A DNA stretch of 38,012 nucleotides from a virus (lineage: Duplodnaviria > Caudoviricetes), in IMG/VR virus record IMGVR_UViG_3300032250_000034, positions 1-38,012 of that record; one strand, given 5' to 3'. Both the position numbers and the translations under genes were made by a program. The notes below the pieces were generated by a model. It had not been told where the DNA came from and ran no database searches. It saw only the letters and a program-made list of their open reading frames with translations. Below, one piece after another: positions 33,327 to 38,012 of the stretch (its first letter is position 1; each line of letters opens with the position of its first letter).

Positions 33327-34979
33327 TTAGACTAAAGTCTTTCCTTGCTTAATTGCTACGTCTATTTTCTGAATTGATACTGGGTTTCCGTTAATATCTG
33401 CTTCTAATCCTAACTGCATTACAGTTCCTTGACCACCAGCATTGATACTAAATCTATCTAAAACAATACCTGAGGTATACTCAGCAATATTATATTCTGT
33501 TGAACCAGGAATAGAATCTATAGTAGAGTTATTATATTCGTAGATTACAGCAGTATCTAAAGTATATGTAGTAGCTTGATAACTTTCGGTATAATCAAAA
33601 CCCCATTTAATTGCAATTGATTGGTTAGTTCCTCCGACTAATACCCACCCAATCTTCTTTAATAGTTTCAGATTTGTAGGAGAATCAAAGTCAAAGTAAT
33701 TAGTATAATAAGCAATACGATAGCTAGAAGTATTATCAGCATATCCAAAATATTTACCAATATATCCTGGTTTACCTAGATATAAATCTCTAGACTGCGT
33801 TACAAAGAATGCTTTAGGTTCTATACTATCCCACACTGTGACTCTCATAGCACCGTCCTGTAATGGAGCACGAGTATCAAAGCAATATACAAACTTAGTT
33901 GTAGGAAGCGTTAGTAGATAAATAGCATCACGTTCATAGTAAATACTCTTAATCTTATTTAAGTCTGTTTCAGAAGCTACAGAAGCCATTAACTCATCAC
34001 GAACATTCTTAGAGATATCACGCATTGGCATGGACTTCTCTTGGATTACTCGTTGTAGACTACGAACTCCTGAGTCAGATAAAAACAAAACATCTGTTGC
34101 AATGTTCTGTACAGAATCTCTTGCAATACATCCTACGTTATAGATAATCTCAACAAGAGTTAATGCACCTGTGTCTAGTGGATTAGCATATATTGCTGTA
34201 TTTTTACGACCAAAGAATATAATAAAACCATTATGTGCTGCAGCAGCGACTACAGGATCTCCGTTGGGTAACACTTCTTGAAGGTTAATATATCCAGCAG
34301 ATCCATTCTGAAAGTCTGTTCCAGTTAACAAGTCACTAAAATAAACAGTCTGAGTATCTGCTGTAATACCACCACACCATATTCTTCCATAAGCAGACAA
34401 CACCCAGCTAGGCATAAATGTAGAAGTAGTGTGATTAGAAGGAAGCGTAGCAGCGTCTCCTACTCTTTGAAATCCGTATGTCCCGCTATTATGAGCGTTA
34501 AATGCTCCACCAGAAGTAGGTAGCTCATGATATACAAGCATAGGATGAGCATCTTGTGCTAAATACACATGAGGCTGGAAGTCGCTAACGTCTCCGTAAG
34601 ACATAGCAGCACCTTGCCAATTATTACCTGTAATAGTATAAGTAGCATCTCCGCTATTCGTAGCATTGCGTACTGTCTTAGTAGTCATCGTAGTTGTTCC
34701 TACGAATAACTTATTATTACCAGCACTTAGTACTTGATTATTTCCACCATCTACTACTTCAAATAAAAACTCTACTGCATTTCCTGATCCTAAGTCAGTA
34801 TTAACTGAGGAGTTGACAGGAGTCCATCCACGTCTTGCTCCGATACGACCATACTTATCAATTACACAGTTCTGAGCTTTTAATGCAAAGCCAGAAGACA
34901 AAGTAATACTAGACTCTTGGAGGTTTAGTCCATAGAATCCAGGAGCTGCTATTGATGCTGTCTGTAGTGGGCTAGCCAT
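33327..34979 (-). CDS. Tail nozzle / tubular protein B-like
   Basis: ~550 aa, beta-propeller-like; APGFYGLN...NCVIDKYGRIGARRGW; follows the adaptor gene. Confidence 0.75.
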   Translation of the reverse strand: MASPLQTASIAAPGFYGLNLQESSITLSSGFALKAQNCVIDKYGRIGARRGWTPVNSSVNTDLGSGNAVEFLFEVVDGGNNQVLSAGNNKLFVGTTTMTTKTVRNATNSGDATYTITGNNWQGAAMSYGDVSDFQPHVYLAQDAHPMLVYHELPTSGGAFNAHNSGTYGFQRVGDAATLPSNHTTSTFMPSWVLSAYGRIWCGGITADTQTVYFSDLLTGTDFQNGSAGYINLQEVLPNGDPVVAAAAHNGFIIFFGRKNTAIYANPLDTGALTLVEIIYNVGCIARDSVQNIATDVLFLSDSGVRSLQRVIQEKSMPMRDISKNVRDELMASVASETDLNKIKSIYYERDAIYLLTLPTTKFVYCFDTRAPLQDGAMRVTVWDSIEPKAFFVTQSRDLYLGKPGYIGKYFGYADNTSSYRIAYYTNYFDFDSPTNLKLLKKIGWVLVGGTNQSIAIKWGFDYTESYQATTYTLDTAVIYEYNNSTIDSIPGSTEYNIAEYTSGIVLDRFSINAGGQGTVMQLGLEADINGNPVSIQKIDVAIKQGKTLV

Positions 34980-35626
34980 TAGTTCCAGACCCACTCTTGT
35001 TCTTCTAAATATCGTCCTGATTCAAGTGCTATAGCGTCTGCTAAGCTCTGACGCATGAGTTGATATGTCTCCCCAGCCTGAACTCCTCCGTCTTCACCAC
35101 GCTCTGCCTGAGCCCTTGCAAGAGCACCTAAAATTACAGGCTCTTCAGGAACTAATAAATTATCAGCATTAGCTACTAAGGGTACTTGTGGTTTAATAAT
35201 GTTAAAACGAAGGTTATAAACACCATTAGGAATAGGATACAAATCTACTTGAGTATCTCCACTAGCATTAGTACCGTTGAAGTTATAGTATGCAGGAGAT
35301 CCCTTCTGAGGAGTAGTCATTAAGAACTGCTGATCCATCCACTTGGTGGAGGCTAGTTCTATGAATGAGTTTTGGGTATCGTTAATAACATCTATTACTC
35401 TGAATCTCTGTCCTGAACCCACTAAAACATAGTTAAATACATCGGCAGTAGTAACTGCTGAGAGGGTATCAGACAAAGCATTCCAGTTATAAGAGTCTTC
35501 TACGACTCTTTTAGAATCATTGACAAACTTAGCAATCAATTTTACATAGGCATTATCAGAAACCGAGGAAGCCTCAGGCTCACGAAGCCGAATAAGTACG
35601 TCATTTACTAGTTGAATGTAGTTCAT
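34979..35626 (-). CDS. Tail adaptor / tubular protein A-like
   Basis: YIQLVNDVLIRLRE...FVND.KR.VED..NW, G.P..Y, LYPIP. Confidence 0.78.
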   Translation of the reverse strand: MNYIQLVNDVLIRLREPEASSVSDNAYVKLIAKFVNDSKRVVEDSYNWNALSDTLSAVTTADVFNYVLVGSGQRFRVIDVINDTQNSFIELASTKWMDQQFLMTTPQKGSPAYYNFNGTNASGDTQVDLYPIPNGVYNLRFNIIKPQVPLVANADNLLVPEEPVILGALARAQAERGEDGGVQAGETYQLMRQSLADAIALESGRYLEEQEWVWN

Positions 35627-35633
35627 ATCTTAT

Positions 35634-35662
35634 ATTATACCATAAAATTGATTAAAAGTCAA
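35634..35662 (-). promoter_or_regulatory. sigma70 promoter for the tail/ejection genes
   Basis: TTGACT-N17-TATAAT with TG extension; ATG only 7 nt downstream. Confidence 0.8.
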
Positions 35663-35666
35663 TACC

Positions 35667-35936
35667 CTACCACTTAACTTTATCAGCCCAATACGCAGCA
35701 GATAGCTTGCCTTTAGCGATATTCGCAGCATGCCGAGCTTTGAAGCTCTTTTGTCTAGCCTTTTCTCCTGGTGTTTTAGGATTTGAACCTGCTCCGCTTA
35801 CACCTTGTTGACCAAAACGAATAAGCTTTTCCGTATCTCCAGACTTAGCTAGTACAGCATGAGATTTAGTAGGATGTCCTGGAGTACGTTTAGGTTTATT
35901 ATACCCAGCAAAGGTTTCTTTACCCTTCTTAATCAT
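35667..35936 (-). CDS. Basic phage protein
   Basis: IRFGQQG...KSFKARHA.N...SAAYWA.KVKW pattern. Confidence 0.85.
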   Translation of the reverse strand: MIKKGKETFAGYNKPKRTPGHPTKSHAVLAKSGDTEKLIRFGQQGVSGAGSNPKTPGEKARQKSFKARHAANIAKGKLSAAYWADKVKW

Positions 35937-36085
35937 TTCTTCTTAGCTGTCTTAGCAGCTTCCTTAAAAGCTTTAGCAGTAGGAGCACCCTTAGCCCCTA
36001 CCTTACGCATCTTCTCGCCTGATCCTGCAGCGATACGACGACGCTTTGCAGCGATATTGGCATACAAGCCAGGCTTAGTAGCCAC
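35933..36085 (-). CDS. Basic microprotein, 50 aa (MATKPGLYANIAAKRRRIAAGSGEKMRKVG...AKKK)
   Basis: GTG start with GGAG RBS; ATGA overlap; translated by hand. Confidence 0.8.
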   Translation of the reverse strand: MATKPGLYANIAAKRRRIAAGSGEKMRKVGAKGAPTAKAFKEAAKTAKKK

Positions 36086-36209
36086 GCATAGCTCCCATCT
36101 TCTTCATGGGCTTAGCAACTACTTTAGCACCAGTCTTCTTAGCATACTGCTTAGCTTGCTTCTTACCCTTAGTTGTATAGGGGAACTTCTTCTCTTTGAC
36201 CATTGGCAT
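36075..36209 (-). CDS. Basic microprotein, 44 aa (MPMVKEKKFPYTTKGKKQAKQYAKK...MRGY)
   Basis: AAGG RBS; 1 nt after the upstream stop; translated by hand. Confidence 0.8.
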   Translation of the reverse strand: MPMVKEKKFPYTTKGKKQAKQYAKKTGAKVVAKPMKKMGAMRGY

Positions 36210-36210
36210 A

Positions 36211-36354
36211 TTACTTACCTTTCTTTTTGGGTTTAGGAACTCCTGCTTGACGCAGGGAAATTGCGACTGCTTGCTTCTGTGGTCTTCCTTCTTTGACCAT
36301 CTTAGAAATGTTCTTACTGATTGTCTTTTGTGACTTACCTTTAGCGAGTGGCAT
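36211..36354 (-). CDS. Basic microprotein, 47 aa ([34 protein letters not shown]...)
   Basis: AGGAG RBS; translated by hand. Confidence 0.85.
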   Translation of the reverse strand: MPLAKGKSQKTISKNISKMVKEGRPQKQAVAISLRQAGVPKPKKKGK

Positions 36355-36363
36355 TTAATTCTC

Positions 36364-36714
36364 CTATAAATAGTTCTGAATAGTGCTGCGTTGCTCTAAT
36401 TCCATGCTCACAGTAATAGACATTGCAGATCCTGTCTCAGACTGTACTCGGATCTCATCTCCTTCGTCTAATACTATATATGCACCGCCATTAAACTGTA
36501 CATATTTTCTAGCATCAAGATTATAACCGTCAATAATCACAACCTCAGTGTTTTCGCTGGAATCGTACCACCAAAGACTAACTGATTTATCACCACCAGT
36601 GTGATTACTAATATGTGCTAAAGTCCACTTAGCAATGTTTCTAGTGGGAACAGTAAAGACAGTTGTCTTAACATTAGCAGTTAGGTTTTTACCTACGGAA
36701 TGTGGTCTACTCAT
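36364..36714 (-). CDS. Small beta-rich virion protein
   Basis: TTVFTVP...ISN...IVLDEGDEIRV pattern. Confidence 0.7.
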   Translation of the reverse strand: MSRPHSVGKNLTANVKTTVFTVPTRNIAKWTLAHISNHTGGDKSVSLWWYDSSENTEVVIIDGYNLDARKYVQFNGGAYIVLDEGDEIRVQSETGSAMSITVSMELEQRSTIQNYL

Positions 36715-36863
36715 TTAAGTACCAAGGTTAGGAGTGTTACAATAATGAATCCAGCAGTACCTAGGAGAATCTGTTCTAGTCTCTTTAGTCTAGCGTGTAT
36801 CTGTTCGTATCGAACCTTACATACTTCTTCGTGGCTTAGGAGTTTTAATTCAGCTTCAGTCAT
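36711..36863 (-). CDS. Small coiled-coil + TM protein, 50 aa (MTEAELKLLSHEEVCKVRYEQIHARLKRLEQILL...)
   Basis: HE.VC..RY..I..RL.RLE then a TM helix; ATGA overlap; translated by hand. Confidence 0.8.
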   Translation of the reverse strand: MTEAELKLLSHEEVCKVRYEQIHARLKRLEQILLGTAGFIIVTLLTLVLK

Positions 36864-36865
36864 GA

Positions 36866-37087
36866 TTATACCGCCAATGCTTTAAGTTCATCTAATGTAG
36901 TTGCTTGGTCAGCTAACTGTGTTACATCCCTTAGTCTTTGCTTTTCAGCTACGATAGTAGTTGTATCAGCACCAGACTCTAATGCTCGTTGGAACGCTAC
37001 ATCTTGTGCTTCTAACAAAGGTTTACGCTCTGCTCTTAGGCGATCTTTAGTAATCGCTTTGGCTTTGTCAAAGTTAATTGCAATCAT
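36866..37087 (-). CDS. Tail fibre assembly chaperone-like protein (C-terminal half)
   Basis: KAK.I.KD.LR.ER.PLL...DV.F.RALE...KQ.LRD.T. Confidence 0.75.
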   Translation of the reverse strand: MIAINFDKAKAITKDRLRAERKPLLEAQDVAFQRALESGADTTTIVAEKQRLRDVTQLADQATTLDELKALAV

Positions 37088-37281
37088 TCTTGGTACTCCC
37101 ATGCGTTACGAAAAGTTCTATCGGCAGGAATGTCAGAAACATCTACAATCTTGTATGGTTTGCCAGCAGGTACTGATTTAGCAATTACATCTTCAATAGT
37201 ATGAGTTTTTATAAATTCAGGTGCAGGAACTACAATAGATACACCTCCATCATCGTTTGGGTAAATTATTCTTTGGTTCAT
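37084..37281 (-). CDS. Tail fibre assembly chaperone-like protein (N-terminal half)
   Basis: IIYPNDDGGVSIVVP...IP.DRTFRNAW; GGAG RBS. Confidence 0.75.
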   Translation of the reverse strand: MNQRIIYPNDDGGVSIVVPAPEFIKTHTIEDVIAKSVPAGKPYKIVDVSDIPADRTFRNAWEYQE

Positions 37282-37290
37282 TTATTTCTC

Positions 37291-37806
37291 CTAACGGAAT
37301 ATTGAAACCATTACAGTGTTAGAATCATACGCTGTGCTTGCACCACCAGTAATTATTCTAACGCTTCCTGCTGCTGGGTTTGATGCCACTTCTGCAATTT
37401 TAAAAAGAGTATCGGTTGTTCCTGTATCAGCTTCTTTAGCAGAGCCAGCAACAGAGTAATTTGCATCAGGCATATCATTATCAATAACGACTGTGTAGTC
37501 ACCAGTACCATTATCTGTAATAGAAGTTACATTGCCACTTGCACGAATAGCTACAGTACCAGTACCATTGAAATTTACCCATGCACGACAGCCGTATGCT
37601 GTAGCAACAGAGCCGTAACCTGAGTTAAATTTAAAGTTAGCAGAAGAATCAAACTCACCTACTTGAACACCGCCTTCAGAAAATCCAATAGTATCTGCTG
37701 CAGGAAAGTAAATACCTGTATTAGTATCATTACCAACAAGGGCGGGTACGGATGCTGTTCCATCTACGGCAGAAATGCCTGTATCGCCATTTAAGATTAA
37801 AGACAT
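37291..37806 (-). CDS. Short tail fibre module
   Basis: DTNTGIYFPAAD; CRAWVNFNGTGTVAIRASGNVTSITDNGTGDY fibre tip motif. Confidence 0.8.
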   Translation of the reverse strand: MSLILNGDTGISAVDGTASVPALVGNDTNTGIYFPAADTIGFSEGGVQVGEFDSSANFKFNSGYGSVATAYGCRAWVNFNGTGTVAIRASGNVTSITDNGTGDYTVVIDNDMPDANYSVAGSAKEADTGTTDTLFKIAEVASNPAAGSVRIITGGASTAYDSNTVMVSIFR

Positions 37807-37809
37807 ATA

Positions 37810-38012
37810 TTAGCCCTCGTAAAGAATATTGATTGAGCCAGCATCAAAAGTGTCTGTGCCGTTTACTGTGGTGATGCGGATGCGGTCTAAAGTTCCAGCA
37901 AGCGTTTTGCTTCCACCAACAAAATTTGCAATCACGGTAGAAGTAGTTTGAGCAATTACGCCTTGTATACACCATGTATTAGAACCTAATAAATTGATAC
38001 TAACTGAACCGC
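37810..38012 (-). CDS. 3' end of a tail fibre module, alternative allele of 92..736 (ends DRIRITTVNGTDTFDAGSINILYEG)
   Basis: Identical to 171-291 for 121 bp, then 12 mostly synonymous differences; stop at 37812-37810. Confidence 0.85.
   Translation of the reverse strand, partial: GSVSINLLGSNTWCIQGVIAQTTSTVIANFVGGSKTLAGTLDRIRITTVNGTDTFDAGSINILYEG
37892..38012. repeat. 121-bp exact direct repeat, copy 2
   Basis: Identical to 171-291. Confidence 0.95.

Larger units (their letters stand above)
1..38012. mobile_element. Near-complete circular-permuted genome of a podovirus-like lytic dsDNA phage (T7-like replication genes, no phage RNA polymerase)
   Basis: Terminase, portal, capsid, tail, lysis and T7-like replication genes all present; no host housekeeping genes; the end of the window rejoins position 171. 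Confidence 0.97.

Noticed and set aside
35859-36236. 125-aa + strand ORF from the ORF track
   Set aside because: Antisense to RBS-supported basic microgenes in a uniformly minus-strand arm
37892-38012. Biological direct terminal repeat
   Set aside because: It lies inside a coding sequence, its partner is internal (171-291), and it ends exactly at the contig edge, as expected for an assembler overlap
1-38012. Prophage/lysogeny module, tRNA genes, introns or inteins, stop-codon recoding
   Set aside because: No integrase or repressor; no cloverleaf seen in the few intergenic gaps; polymerase, RNR, terminase and helicase are uninterrupted; genes tile fully with the standard code and use TAA, TGA and TAG stops

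Overview
The window is an essentially complete ~37.7 kb genome of a lytic, podovirus-like tailed dsDNA phage. The last 121 bp (37892-38012) are identical to 171-291, so the contig closes into a 37,721 bp circle, and bases 1-170 are a divergent alternative branch. There are two divergently transcribed arms separated by a non-coding control region (10940-11618). The + arm (11619-25244) carries small early genes, then a T7-like replication module (primase-helicase, family A DNA polymerase, SSB, 5'-3' exonuclease, PD-(D/E)XK endonuclease), a metallophosphoesterase, a DUF3310-type protein and a class II ribonucleotide reductase. The - arm runs terminase, portal, scaffold, capsid, a cassette of tail-fibre modules and chaperones, tail tube proteins, internal virion proteins, holin and M15 endolysin. 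The arms meet at a UUCG terminator (~25250). I found no RNA polymerase, integrase, repressor, tRNA or CRISPR; transcription appears to use host sigma70 promoters, several at perfect consensus. The most unusual items are: (1) a zincin-peptidase/SAM-methyltransferase fusion inserted between terminase and portal; (2) a five-copy TAGGG..CCTA palindrome abutting early -35 boxes; (3) an alternative tail-fibre cassette junction; (4) a duplicated AT-rich origin-like element; (5) a radical-SAM-like early protein; (6) hyper-acidic and hyper-basic micro-ORFs missed by the ORF track; and (7) apparent avoidance of all-GC 4-bp palindromes. All protein family calls come from motif recognition by eye, not from database searches.
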